Below, in pieces: positions 31,537 to 41,000 of a stretch of 64,000 nucleotides of DNA. The position numbers were made by a program, and so were the translations under genes. Each line of letters opens with the position of its first letter. The stretch's first letter is position 1. The notes under the pieces were generated by a model, which made no database searches, had not been told where the DNA came from, and was given only the letters and a program-made list of their open reading frames with translations. The stretch is from an uncultured Poribacteria bacterium (GTDB taxonomy: Bacteria > Poribacteria > WGA-4E > WGA-3G): the NCBI GenBank assembly GCA_958296135.2, contig CATQHZ020000001.1, positions 4,288,001-4,352,000 on the forward strand, given 5' to 3'.

Positions 31537-31620
31537 GTACCCGATGCCCCGGTAGGTTTTCCTCCCGGTCTTGACTCTCCGGTAGGTTTTCCTCCCGCGT
31601 CTCGATGCTAAACTAAAAAC

Positions 31621-32991
31621 ATGCAATACCTATTTGAAAATACCCAACTACCGAACCGCACCCTCATCCGCGGCGATAACTTGGCTGAGATGCGCAAACT
31701 TCCAGACAATATAGTGGCTCTTATCGCGACAGACCCGCCCTTCAACTCCAAACGCGACTATTTCGTGCCTTACCGCGACGAACACGGTAAGGCCCCCGAT
31801 ACGCTCGTTAAGGCGTTCACCGATACGTGGAAATGGGGAGCCGCTGCGGAAGCCGCGTGCGACGAACTCTTATGCGAGGTAGGCGGCGCGATAGGCGAGA
31901 CGATTGAAGGACTCCAAAAGTTCTTAAAGCAGACACCGATGATGGCATACTTGGCGATGATGGCCATCCGTCTGGTGGAGATGCACCGTATTCTCAAACC
32001 GACAGGTTCGATGTATCTTCACTGCGATGCGGCCGCGAGCCACTATCTGAAAATCCTGATGGATGCAATTTTTGGTAGGGCGAATTTCGTCAATGAGATT
32101 ATTTGGGGATATGGACTTGGTGGGAGTTCAAAGCGCGCCTTCTCCAAAAAACATGACGTTATTCTGTTCTACTCAAAGCGTCATGACTACTATTTTGAAA
32201 AACCGACTATGCCCGCTACCAGCGCGATGCTGGGAAGCAAGGAGAAAGGGATGCTTGATTATTGGACAGACATTCCCTCCTTGAACAACATGGCAAAGGA
32301 ACGCTTCGGATATCCGACGCAGAAGCCTATCGCCCTCTACCAGCGCATCATCGAAGCCTCCAGCAAAGAAGGCGATTTGGTGCTCGATCCGTTCTGTGGG
32401 TGCGGCACAACGCTCCTCGCAGCGGAGAAACTGAACCGGCGTTGGCTCGGTATTGATTTGACGTACCTCGCCACGGGGGCCGTCACATTGCAGGTGGAGA
32501 AATTTTTTCCACAACTGAAGGACAGCGTCACTGTCATCGGCACGCCGGAAAACGTGGAGACAACACTCCAACTTGCACGCGAAGCCCATGGTGCGTTTGA
32601 GGCGTGGTGTATCACGCATGTGCTGAAGTTCACCTCCAATGCCAAGAAGGTAGCCGATGGTGGCATTGACGGAACGTATCGATTTCCCATCGGCAAGGTG
32701 AAGGGCCACAGTGCCTACGGCAAAATGGTGGCGCAGGTGAAGGGCGGCAGTTATGGCCTTGGGCATATCCGTGAGTTCCGCACGGCGATGGCGAACGCGA
32801 GCGCGGATTTAGGTATCTTTGTCGTCACGAAGCCGCCAAGCGATGACATGCTCACCGAGGCACGCCGGGCGAAGACATGGAAGCACCCGTTGTGGGAGAT
32901 GGAATATCCGCGGGTGCAGATTTATGCCATTCAGGACTATTTTGCGGGCATTGAGCCGAAGGTTCCGGTGGGTGAACGGCGCGTGTTGTAA
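31621..32991 (+). CDS. Site-specific DNA methyltransferase (N6/N4, beta class) fused to Mrr-like endonuclease domain
   Basis: DPPF, YPTQKP, DPFCGCGTT; C-terminal DGGIDG...AQVK. Confidence 0.85.
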   Translation: MQYLFENTQLPNRTLIRGDNLAEMRKLPDNIVALIATDPPFNSKRDYFVPYRDEHGKAPDTLVKAFTDTWKWGAAAEAACDELLCEVGGAIGETIEGLQKFLKQTPMMAYLAMMAIRLVEMHRILKPTGSMYLHCDAAASHYLKILMDAIFGRANFVNEIIWGYGLGGSSKRAFSKKHDVILFYSKRHDYYFEKPTMPATSAMLGSKEKGMLDYWTDIPSLNNMAKERFGYPTQKPIALYQRIIEASSKEGDLVLDPFCGCGTTLLAAEKLNRRWLGIDLTYLATGAVTLQVEKFFPQLKDSVTVIGTPENVETTLQLAREAHGAFEAWCITHVLKFTSNAKKVADGGIDGTYRFPIGKVKGHSAYGKMVAQVKGGSYGLGHIREFRTAMANASADLGIFVVTKPPSDDMLTEARRAKTWKHPLWEMEYPRVQIYAIQDYFAGIEPKVPVGERRVL

Positions 32992-32997
32992 ATCGCG

Positions 32998-33912
32998 ATG
33001 ATGAAAACGAAACTCCTCTGCATCCTTGGCCCCACAGCCGTCGGCAAAACAGAAATAGCCATTGAAGTAGCGCAACGCCTCAACGCCGAAATCGTTTCCG
33101 TTGATTCCCGACAGATTTATCGGAAGATGGACATCGGCACGGCGAAGCCGATGCCGGCAGAGCAACTGGCAGCGCGACACCACCTCATTGATTGTGTTGA
33201 CATTGCGGAACCGTTCTCTGTCTCGGCGTATCAGACTCTGGCAGATGCCGCGATAACTGACATTCAGAGCCGGGATAAGCGCGTGATGCTGGTAGGCGGT
33301 GCGGGGCTCTATTTTCGGGCGATTGTCGATGGTTTGTTTGAAGGACCGGGGGCGGATGCGGCGATTCGGCGGCGGCTCCGGGAAGAAGCGGAACAGCACG
33401 GGTTAGATGCACTCCACGAACGTCTTCGTGCTTGCGATGCGGCATCTGCGGCGCGCATTCATCCGAACAATCTGGTGAAAGTCATCCGCGCGCTGGAGGT
33501 TTATGAACTCACCGGCACCCCGATTTCGCAGCTGCAACAGCAGTGGCATAACGAACCGCGGTATCCGTTCATCGCCTTCGGGCTGACGATGCCGCGGGAG
33601 CAGCTCTACCGGCGGATTGAACAGCGCGTTGATGTGATGATTGACGATGGGTTGATTGAAGAGGTGAAAGGGTTGCTCGCGCAGGGAGACTCTCGGAATT
33701 CCAACGCGCTCCAAAGTTTTGGATACAAAGAGCTCATCGCGTATCTGGATGGGACATGCACGTTAGACGCGGCAATAGCGCAGTTGAAGCAGAACACGCG
33801 CCGCTTTGCGAAACGGCAGTTGACGTGGTTCCGGCGCGATGCTCGCATTGAATGGATAGAACGGGTATCAACGGCGCAGGTTGTGGAGACACTTTCGTCC
33901 TGCATTCCGTAG
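32998..33912 (+). CDS. miaA: tRNA dimethylallyltransferase
   Basis: GPTAVGKT, DSRQIY..MDIGTAKP, IHPNN, RALEV, AKRQLTWFR. Confidence 0.97.
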   Translation: MMKTKLLCILGPTAVGKTEIAIEVAQRLNAEIVSVDSRQIYRKMDIGTAKPMPAEQLAARHHLIDCVDIAEPFSVSAYQTLADAAITDIQSRDKRVMLVGGAGLYFRAIVDGLFEGPGADAAIRRRLREEAEQHGLDALHERLRACDAASAARIHPNNLVKVIRALEVYELTGTPISQLQQQWHNEPRYPFIAFGLTMPREQLYRRIEQRVDVMIDDGLIEEVKGLLAQGDSRNSNALQSFGYKELIAYLDGTCTLDAAIAQLKQNTRRFAKRQLTWFRRDARIEWIERVSTAQVVETLSSCIP

Positions 33913-33943
33913 GGCGAGGGCCGTCACGCTCACGCCTACAGCT

Positions 33944-34075
33944 CAATGCCACATGATGATGCGTATCGCAATTGGCGCATACCAGGTCTAATTTGCGGCG
34001 AATTCGCCGGGCCATCGTCGCATCAAGACGCTCAAAGCCCTCTTCTGCCTCTGGTAGAATTATCAAGCGATACAT
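33944..34075 (-). pseudogene. Truncated RelE/ParE toxin
   Basis: MYRLIILPEAEE...LDLVCANCDTHHHVAL matches the intact copy for 44 aa, then runs into a REP and loses the RLRV.DYR half. Confidence 0.75.
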
Positions 34076-34845
34076 TACCACCCCAACTTTTCCGCGAGTT
34101 CCTCCATCGTTATCCCTTTAATTTTTCCGGCTTTGTAATCCGCCATCTCCTGCTCGATTTCGGCTTCAACTTCTGGGGATAACTCAAATCCATCGTCCGG
34201 ATCGTAGTGATATGCCTCCAGGGCGAGTGCCAGCAGTTCATAAGCGACGAAGAACTCCCGAAACGCCAACTCCAATTGCTCGCGCGAAGGGGCCCCGGCC
34301 AGCAAGGCAACAACGCGTTCACGCACCACGAAGATTTCCTGCAGGACGAGCCTTCGGACGAGCGCGCGAAAGGCCTCTGGTGGCAACTCGGCTATCTTCT
34401 TCTCCGGCGCCACATCGCTGGCGAGATAGCATCCTGTCCGTCTAGCCCGGCGTTCCTCAAGCGTTGTCGTCCGATGGGCGAGGATATAGGCGCGGTGCCG
34501 CGCCAGTTTTTTGGCGAGGGGGGTGTGGGGCGCGAGGCCTTCCCCCGGGTCTGCCTCATAGTCATCTAGCCAAAAGGCGATACTTTCATAGCCGCAGAAA
34601 AATGCGCGGAATTCCGTCGCGAGCGGCGATTCGGGAATCGGCACGCCGCCTATCGGCCGGAGCAGCGCGCCGGGTTCGACGTGAAAGGCGGCTGGAGTGA
34701 CAGCATGCTCATCGTAGCGGGCTGAGCCCGGGTCTTTCAGCAGCTCAATGAGCCGTTCGCGCGAGTCAAAAAAGGCTTCCGCCTCGGTGACTCGCTGGAG
34801 CAGTTCGCGTAAGTCGTCTGTGGACATGTCGCCTAATTTTTTCAT
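34075..34845 (-). CDS. Large putative antitoxin, copy B
   Basis: GGAGG RBS; TAATG overlap with the toxin; tail DPDDGFEL...ITMEELAEKLG resembles small antitoxins. Confidence 0.7.
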   Translation of the reverse strand: MKKLGDMSTDDLRELLQRVTEAEAFFDSRERLIELLKDPGSARYDEHAVTPAAFHVEPGALLRPIGGVPIPESPLATEFRAFFCGYESIAFWLDDYEADPGEGLAPHTPLAKKLARHRAYILAHRTTTLEERRARRTGCYLASDVAPEKKIAELPPEAFRALVRRLVLQEIFVVRERVVALLAGAPSREQLELAFREFFVAYELLALALEAYHYDPDDGFELSPEVEAEIEQEMADYKAGKIKGITMEELAEKLGW

Positions 34846-34860
34846 CTTGTCCTCCAATAC

Positions 34861-35118
34861 TTATGAATAGACTTTGCTTCGATGGTTGACTCGGTGGACG
34901 GTAATTTCTCTGGTTCCCTTATTGAAGGAATAAACAGCGCGGTAATCTTGCACTCTCAAGCGGAACCTGCCCCGGTCTTTGCCTTTCAATGCCACATGAC
35001 GATGCGTATCGCAATTGGCGCATACCAGGTCCAATTCGCTGAGAATGTGCTTGCGGATGGTGGCATCTAACCGTCGCAGCCTCCTTCGGGCGCGTGGCTT
35101 GAACTCTAACGTGTACAT
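34861..35118 (-). CDS. RelE/ParE family toxin
   Basis: 85 aa, basic; A.R.L.RLD, LKG..RGRFRLRVQDYRAVY, HRSKVY. Confidence 0.88.
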   Translation of the reverse strand: MYTLEFKPRARRRLRRLDATIRKHILSELDLVCANCDTHRHVALKGKDRGRFRLRVQDYRAVYSFNKGTREITVHRVNHRSKVYS

Positions 35119-35894
35119 TTCAACGAGTACCCAAATTCCTTCGCGATTTCCTCAAATGGGATAAGTTTTGCGGTTCCAGCCTTAATCGCCGCATCCTCCT
35201 CGTCAATTTCAGCTTCAACTTCTGGGGATAACTCAAATCCATCGTCCGGATCGTAGTGATATGCCTCCAGGGCGAGTGCCAGCAGTTCATAAGCGACGAA
35301 GAACTCCCGAAACGCTAACTCCAATTGCTCGCGCGAAGGGGCCCCGGCCAGCAAGGCGACAACGCGTTCACGCACCACGAAGATTTCCTGCAGGACGAGC
35401 CTTCGGACGAGCGCGCGAAAGGCCTCTGGTGGCAACTCGGCTATCTTCTTCTCCGGCGCCACATCGCTGGCGAGATAGCATCCTGTCCGTCTAGCCCGGC
35501 GTTCCTCAAGCGTTGTTGTCCGATGGGCGAGGATATAGTCGCGGTGCCGCGCCAGTTTTTTGGCGAGGGGGGTGTGGGGCGCGAGGCCTTCCCCCGGGTC
35601 TGCCTCATAGTCATCTAGCCAAAAGGCGATACTTTCATAGCCGCAGAAAAATGCGCGGAATTCCGTCGCGAGCGGCGATTCGGGAATCGGCACGCCGCCT
35701 ATCGGCCGGAGCAGCGCGCCGGGTTCGACGTGAAAGGCGGCTGGAGTGACAGCATGCTCATCGTAGCGGGCTGAGCCCGGGTCTTTCAGCAGCTCAATGA
35801 GCCGTTCGCGCGAGTCAAAAAAGGCTTCCGCCTCGGTGACTCGCTGGAGCAGTTCGCGTAAGTCGTCTGTGGACATGTCGCCTAATTTTTTCAT
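35106..35894 (-). CDS. Large putative antitoxin, copy A
   Basis: Near-identical to copy B except the C-terminal tail; overlaps the toxin start. Confidence 0.7.
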   Translation of the reverse strand: MKKLGDMSTDDLRELLQRVTEAEAFFDSRERLIELLKDPGSARYDEHAVTPAAFHVEPGALLRPIGGVPIPESPLATEFRAFFCGYESIAFWLDDYEADPGEGLAPHTPLAKKLARHRDYILAHRTTTLEERRARRTGCYLASDVAPEKKIAELPPEAFRALVRRLVLQEIFVVRERVVALLAGAPSREQLELAFREFFVAYELLALALEAYHYDPDDGFELSPEVEAEIDEEDAAIKAGTAKLIPFEEIAKEFGYSLKCTR

Positions 35895-36028
35895 CTTGTC
35901 CTCCTATGATGGTGCGATGTGGCCGCACCAGAAACCGAGTCATCGACAACGTCGATGACAGATGACGTAAAGAACCGTTATTGCCCCAGAGCCGTATACG
36001 AACGCCTCGCGAACAACAAAAATGTCAA

Positions 36029-38260
36029 TCACATTTCCACAGAAAATCCTAAAAACGGTTCTTCGCTTCGGAGCACCGCCCATCCCTTTTCTGTCAAGCG
36101 CAGACTTCCGTGCTGTGCGTCCCTCACCAACAGTTTCTGTTGGATGAATTGTTGGATGAGATAGTTCCACTGCGCTGCGCTATACTCCATGCCGATGCCG
36201 TAGGTAGAGAGTTTATCGTGTCCATTTCCAAGAACTTTTTTCGCCCTTGAACCGCGTAGCACACTGATAAGATGCGAACCACCGAAAAGTTCCCCGGTCC
36301 GATAAACACAAGAGAGGAACTTCTGCGCCGGCATCGTCAGATTGATGCGTTCTTCGTGTGCGCGGAGGCAGTTGTCGCATGTGCCGCAATTGGCTTGTTC
36401 GTATTGTTCTCCGAAATAGGCTAACAATTCTTTGCGGCGGCACGCCGGTGAAGTCGCCCAATTGACGAGCGTATTCAACCGTTCTATCCGTCCTGTCCGT
36501 TCACTCGGCGCGCCTTCATCAATGAAATGGTGGATAGTATCCACATCGCCGTAACTGAAGAGCAGCAGGCAGTCGGCCCGTTGCCCATCGCGCCCTGCGC
36601 GGCCGATTTCCTGATAGTAAGACTCCGGCTCCTTCGGCAAGCCTGCATGGAGAACGAAGCGGACATCGGGTTTATCGATGCCCATTCCGAAGGCAATCGT
36701 CGCGATGATGACTCGGATGTCGCTGTTGATGAAAGCGTCCTGATGCTGCGCGCGGGTGTTGCTATCCAAGTCTGCGTGATAAGGGAGTGCCTTCATCCCG
36801 TAGGTGCCTAAATTGTGGCACAGCGACGCGACCTGTTTTTTTGTCTGGCAGTAGATAATGCCAGATTCCCCGTGGTGCGCATTGAGAAACGCAAGCGTCT
36901 GCCGGAGCAACTCAACTTTCGGTTCCACGGCGATGAAGAGATTCTGCCGGTCGAAACTGGCGATGAACAGGTTTTCCGCCTGCAATCGGAGCAGCTGCGT
37001 GATGTCCGCTTGCACCCTCGGCGTGGCGGTTGCAGTCATCGCAACGCAGACAGCATTCGGGAACCGTTCGCGCACCGAAACGAGTTGTCGATACTCCGGC
37101 CGGAAATCGTGCCCCCACTGCGAGATACAGTGCGCCTCGTCAATCGCGAGGCACGCGACATGGGCTGCGTCAAGCATCAGCAGGATTTCATGGCGCACGA
37201 GGGTCTCGGGCGCGACATAGAGCAGCTTGATTTCGCCGCGTTTGACCTGGCGCATCGTGTCAACGTAAGCGTCATAGTTCAGCGTGCTGTTGAGAAAAGC
37301 GGCAGGGATGCCTCTCTGTTGCAGCTGCATCACCTGGTCCTGCATGAGTGAGATAAGTGGCGAAACGACGACAGATACGCCCTCAAAAATGAGTGCGGGC
37401 AGTTGATAGCAAAGCGACTTTCCGCCGCCTGTCGGTAGCACAATCAATGCGTCGCGCTGTTTGAGGATATGGGTGATGATTTCTTCTTGCAATGGCCGGA
37501 AGTCGTCGTGTCCGAAGACGCGCTTGAGAAATTGACGTGGCGTTTGAGGCGCGGGCATGTCATCCCGCGGGCGTTGAGACTGGGAGGTTTCTCCTACCGG
37601 CGCAGAAAAGCGAGACTGGGAGGGCTCTCCTATAGGTTTTTCCGCTGCCAAAAACCAGCCGGAAATCTGCGCGCGGCACCGTTCCTCATCATCCTGTCTA
37701 TCTGTCGGTTTCCACCACTGAGCAAGTGATACGCGCACGAGCGTGTCAGCAGGGATGGTTTCCAACGGTTCTTCAAAACCGACGAATGTGAGCGTGCAAC
37801 CGCCATCGTCCGTGGGGTAGCGATACCGGACGCGTCGTCCCTCCGTATCACGAGTGAGCTCCTTGTCGGGCCGCCAAAACGTTGTGCTATAGGGCGGGAT
37901 GCCGCGCTGCTTGGCGATGTAAAGCGCGCCGCTGCCGGTTTTCTGTAAGAGTCCTTCGTAGAGTTCGCGCGGGTGCCCGATTTTGGGAGGCATCAACAGT
38001 TCAATGGCACTTTCCAATTCTGTTACGGTGAGGAGGTGCTGCTTCTCAGACACGATGATGTTTTCATAATGCGGCGGAATCAGGGCGGTTGCAGGTTTGG
38101 CGGCAATCTCCCAGAGTGTGCCTACCTCATATTCGCGATTCGCGCCGTCGTGCGGCTCGGCGTTGGAGGGGATGAGCCGCACACTCTCGCCTTGCTCGGT
38201 AATCGCGCCGATGCACGCGCCGCCGCCCATCCGCGTCTTCGCAACAATTAGCACTCTCAT
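36029..38260 (-). CDS. recQ: RecQ family helicase with N-terminal putative dual-OB domain, no HRDC
   Basis: PTGGGKS, DEAH, TATA, QEIGRAGRDG, Zn-binding Cys cluster, RQC; ~205-aa N-terminal extension LIVAKTRM..ACIGA...VRLIP. Confidence 0.85.
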   Translation of the reverse strand: MRVLIVAKTRMGGGACIGAITEQGESVRLIPSNAEPHDGANREYEVGTLWEIAAKPATALIPPHYENIIVSEKQHLLTVTELESAIELLMPPKIGHPRELYEGLLQKTGSGALYIAKQRGIPPYSTTFWRPDKELTRDTEGRRVRYRYPTDDGGCTLTFVGFEEPLETIPADTLVRVSLAQWWKPTDRQDDEERCRAQISGWFLAAEKPIGEPSQSRFSAPVGETSQSQRPRDDMPAPQTPRQFLKRVFGHDDFRPLQEEIITHILKQRDALIVLPTGGGKSLCYQLPALIFEGVSVVVSPLISLMQDQVMQLQQRGIPAAFLNSTLNYDAYVDTMRQVKRGEIKLLYVAPETLVRHEILLMLDAAHVACLAIDEAHCISQWGHDFRPEYRQLVSVRERFPNAVCVAMTATATPRVQADITQLLRLQAENLFIASFDRQNLFIAVEPKVELLRQTLAFLNAHHGESGIIYCQTKKQVASLCHNLGTYGMKALPYHADLDSNTRAQHQDAFINSDIRVIIATIAFGMGIDKPDVRFVLHAGLPKEPESYYQEIGRAGRDGQRADCLLLFSYGDVDTIHHFIDEGAPSERTGRIERLNTLVNWATSPACRRKELLAYFGEQYEQANCGTCDNCLRAHEERINLTMPAQKFLSCVYRTGELFGGSHLISVLRGSRAKKVLGNGHDKLSTYGIGMEYSAAQWNYLIQQFIQQKLLVRDAQHGSLRLTEKGWAVLRSEEPFLGFSVEM

Positions 38261-38748
38261 GGGACAATATCCTCAACTTCTAGGCCAAGTTCTGTCGCCA
38301 GTTTCGCCGCGACGAGCGAACGGTGGCATGCCGCCGGTTCCCTTTCAACGCAAAAGAGCGCGATGACTTGGGCATCGGATTCTAGTTCATCTAACAAACT
38401 TTGCGGTTCAAAATGCGCGAGACATTCGGTGTGGTATGCCTCAATAAACGCCTCTCCCAATGTTGTGCGTTCGCGCTTGGCGGTTTTCGTCGCTTTATCC
38501 GCAGCCGTCTGCTTGTCGCGAACGGCTTTCGTCGGCGCGAGTGCTTTGCAGTGGCGGTAGCGGATGCCGAGTGCCAAAAGTCGTGCTTGCAACCGTTGGC
38601 TGTTGGCGAATGCGTAAGTCGCGCCGCGCACGCCGCGCCGGCTGCGGATATCGCAGAAGGTATCTACGTTTGCTGCTTGCAAGGCATTAAAGAAACTTTC
38701 CGCGTCGAATCCGTATACGCCGATGGTGATAATTTTGGGGGTTTTCAT
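38257..38748 (-). CDS. DUF488 family protein
   Basis: ITIG, DIR, LFCVERE..CHR; ATGA overlap with recQ. Confidence 0.8.
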   Translation of the reverse strand: MKTPKIITIGVYGFDAESFFNALQAANVDTFCDIRSRRGVRGATYAFANSQRLQARLLALGIRYRHCKALAPTKAVRDKQTAADKATKTAKRERTTLGEAFIEAYHTECLAHFEPQSLLDELESDAQVIALFCVEREPAACHRSLVAAKLATELGLEVEDIVP

Positions 38749-38788
38749 CAATATTTTTTCGTGTTCGGGCGGATAGAGACAGCCGCCC

Positions 38789-39340
38789 TTACGAATATCG
38801 CTTGCGCGAGTGGAACGTCTCCTCGCCAAACAGCGGCAGTTGTCCTCCTGTCAGCCGCTCAATGATTTGCTCCTGCGTCTGCAGTTCGTCATTTTCATCG
38901 ATGTGACGCACCAGAATATCCGCTGCAGTCAGCGTCGCGCCGATGAGTTTGCTGCGATGGCAGTTCTCCGGCTTCCCTTCGCTACATAGGAGGACAACGC
39001 GGCGTTGCTGCGCGAAAGCGCTGCGGAGGCGCTCGATACCGCGCTGATAGTCCGCCGTCGCCTTCACCTGCTCGTAGTCAACTTTTCCGTTCACGTAACA
39101 CGCTGCGTCATCGGGGTGCCCGCCGAGGGTATCGCCCATGAAAATGTAGCGAATCCCGTGCCGTTGCAGTTCCGCTGCCAGAGCCGCTTTGGCAAACGCC
39201 GGTTTATAGCGCGAATAAGGCGCGGAACGCACGTCAATGAGATAGGCAATCTCGTGCCGACGTAACACCTCTATGAACACTTCGATCGGACGGCTGCCGT
39301 AGCCGATGGTATAAATGGGGATGGCTGCTTGCTTTTCCAT
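38789..39340 (-). CDS. DUF488 family protein
   Basis: IYTIGY, LIDVRSAPYS, LGG, LLCSEG.P.NCHR. Confidence 0.88.
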   Translation of the reverse strand: MEKQAAIPIYTIGYGSRPIEVFIEVLRRHEIAYLIDVRSAPYSRYKPAFAKAALAAELQRHGIRYIFMGDTLGGHPDDAACYVNGKVDYEQVKATADYQRGIERLRSAFAQQRRVVLLCSEGKPENCHRSKLIGATLTAADILVRHIDENDELQTQEQIIERLTGGQLPLFGEETFHSRKRYS

Positions 39341-39474
39341 GATAACCTATATTACCACATCGCCCGCGAAAAAGCAATCAAAATATTCCTTGCGATTTTG
39401 TGCAGAATTTGTTATACTATCACAAACAAAAAGAACATTTTCATCAACATTTTGTCTAACCCAAGGGAGAACCC

Positions 39475-40155
39475 ATGAAAGAGAGTTTGCAGAACATCGG
39501 CGATCTCATCGCGGAACCGAGTGCGGCGTTTGGACGCATCAAATCTGCACCGAAGTGGGGTGTCGCTTTTGTCGTCTTCTATCTGTTTTCTGTCCTGCTT
39601 GGATGGGCAGTCGCGCCGTATTCCGCTGCGCTTATCGCCGAACAAATGTCACAAAGCGAACTGTCGCCGCAAGAACGTCAGGCTGCTGAGACGATAACGG
39701 GTGTCTTCAAGACAGTCGGCCTGTTTCTCTGGCCGATTTTCATGATGCTGTGGTTCCTCTTATACAGTGCTATCCTCAAACTCGCGGCGCGTTTTGGTAA
39801 CAACGATTCCCTGTCCTTTCGGCACATCTATGCCGCTGTCGTGCATACGGCACTGATTGGTTGCGTGATTGCCCTCGTCAACACGGCTCTGCTGCTCCTG
39901 TTCCGAGACGTTGCGGATGTGAAAAACGCCGCGGATATGAAAATGATACCGGGCTTGCACATGCTGTTCGGTTCACTTGAGAATGTGAGACTGATGACGT
40001 TTCTGAGTCATATCAATCCGTTAAGCGTGTGGGTAATCGCCGTGACGGCCATCGCCGTAGCCGTGCTTGCCGATGTAGAGAAAACCAGGGCCCGGCTCGC
40101 GGCGGTAATCATCTGGCTCATTGGTATTATGGCTGACGTGCTCTTTCTCTCTTAA
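39475..40155 (+). CDS. Yip1-like membrane protein
   Basis: PS.AF.RIK..PKW, five TM segments, INPLSVW. Confidence 0.72.
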   Translation: MKESLQNIGDLIAEPSAAFGRIKSAPKWGVAFVVFYLFSVLLGWAVAPYSAALIAEQMSQSELSPQERQAAETITGVFKTVGLFLWPIFMMLWFLLYSAILKLAARFGNNDSLSFRHIYAAVVHTALIGCVIALVNTALLLLFRDVADVKNAADMKMIPGLHMLFGSLENVRLMTFLSHINPLSVWVIAVTAIAVAVLADVEKTRARLAAVIIWLIGIMADVLFLS

Positions 40156-40195
40156 CTTCTGCCGGTAGGAGAACTCTCTTGAGCGTGAGAAATTC

Positions 40196-40867
40196 ATGAA
40201 AGAAAGTTGGCAAAACATCAAGCACCTCTTCGTTGCGCCGAGTGCGACGTTTGCGCGGCTCAAAATCGAACCGAAGTGGGGCATGGCACTCATCCTCTTT
40301 TGTCTGCTGCAAGTTGGAGTGACTTGGGCGGCGGCACCGTTTACGGAACGCCTCATTTCCCTCGGCCTGGCAAGGGAGCGTATGCCGCGCTATCTGATTG
40401 AAGAGGTGGCACCGATTATTGGCCATTTTGTGCTCTTGTTCTCCCTGATTGTGCCACTTATCGCGATAGTGGTGCTCAGCGCGATACTTACCTTCGCGGC
40501 GCGAATTTTCAGGGTGGATGCCGCCGTCCGGTTTCGGCATATCTATGCAAGTCTCACACATGCAGTGCTCATTCCGACGCTCGTCTATTTCGTGAATACG
40601 GCGTTTGTTCCGGTGCTGAGAGGCATTGAGAATGTCTGGACACCAGTAGATATGCAGATAGTCCCGGGGTTGCATCTATTAAGTTCTAGCGAGAACATGC
40701 AACTGCTAATGTTTCTGAGCCACTTCAATCCGTTAAGCATCTGGCCTGTCGCCGTTTTGACAATTGCTGTCTCGGTTCTTGCCGACACCGGGAAGATAAC
40801 GGCATGTTTTGGCGCGATACCTATCTGGTTGTCGGGTGTTGCCCTGGAGCTGCTCGTTTTTAGATAG
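40196..40867 (+). CDS. Yip1-like membrane protein (paralog)
   Basis: PSATFARLK.EPKW, FNPLSIW; collinear with the previous gene. Confidence 0.72.
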   Translation: MKESWQNIKHLFVAPSATFARLKIEPKWGMALILFCLLQVGVTWAAAPFTERLISLGLARERMPRYLIEEVAPIIGHFVLLFSLIVPLIAIVVLSAILTFAARIFRVDAAVRFRHIYASLTHAVLIPTLVYFVNTAFVPVLRGIENVWTPVDMQIVPGLHLLSSSENMQLLMFLSHFNPLSIWPVAVLTIAVSVLADTGKITACFGAIPIWLSGVALELLVFR

Positions 40868-41000
40868 GGAGGAAAACCCCCTTTGGAAGTCGCGCTTGGA
40901 AAGCGTGCCTACGGGATTTGCTCAGCGTCCGTCCTATGTCCATCCTATGTCGATTGTCGATAGCAGGGACGAGTTCCTGAGCGCGATGGAGGAAATCGCA

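Noticed and set aside
33734-33943. C-terminal extension of the second toxin ORF
   Set aside because: Read-through across a REP into the antisense strand of miaA, not homologous to RelE
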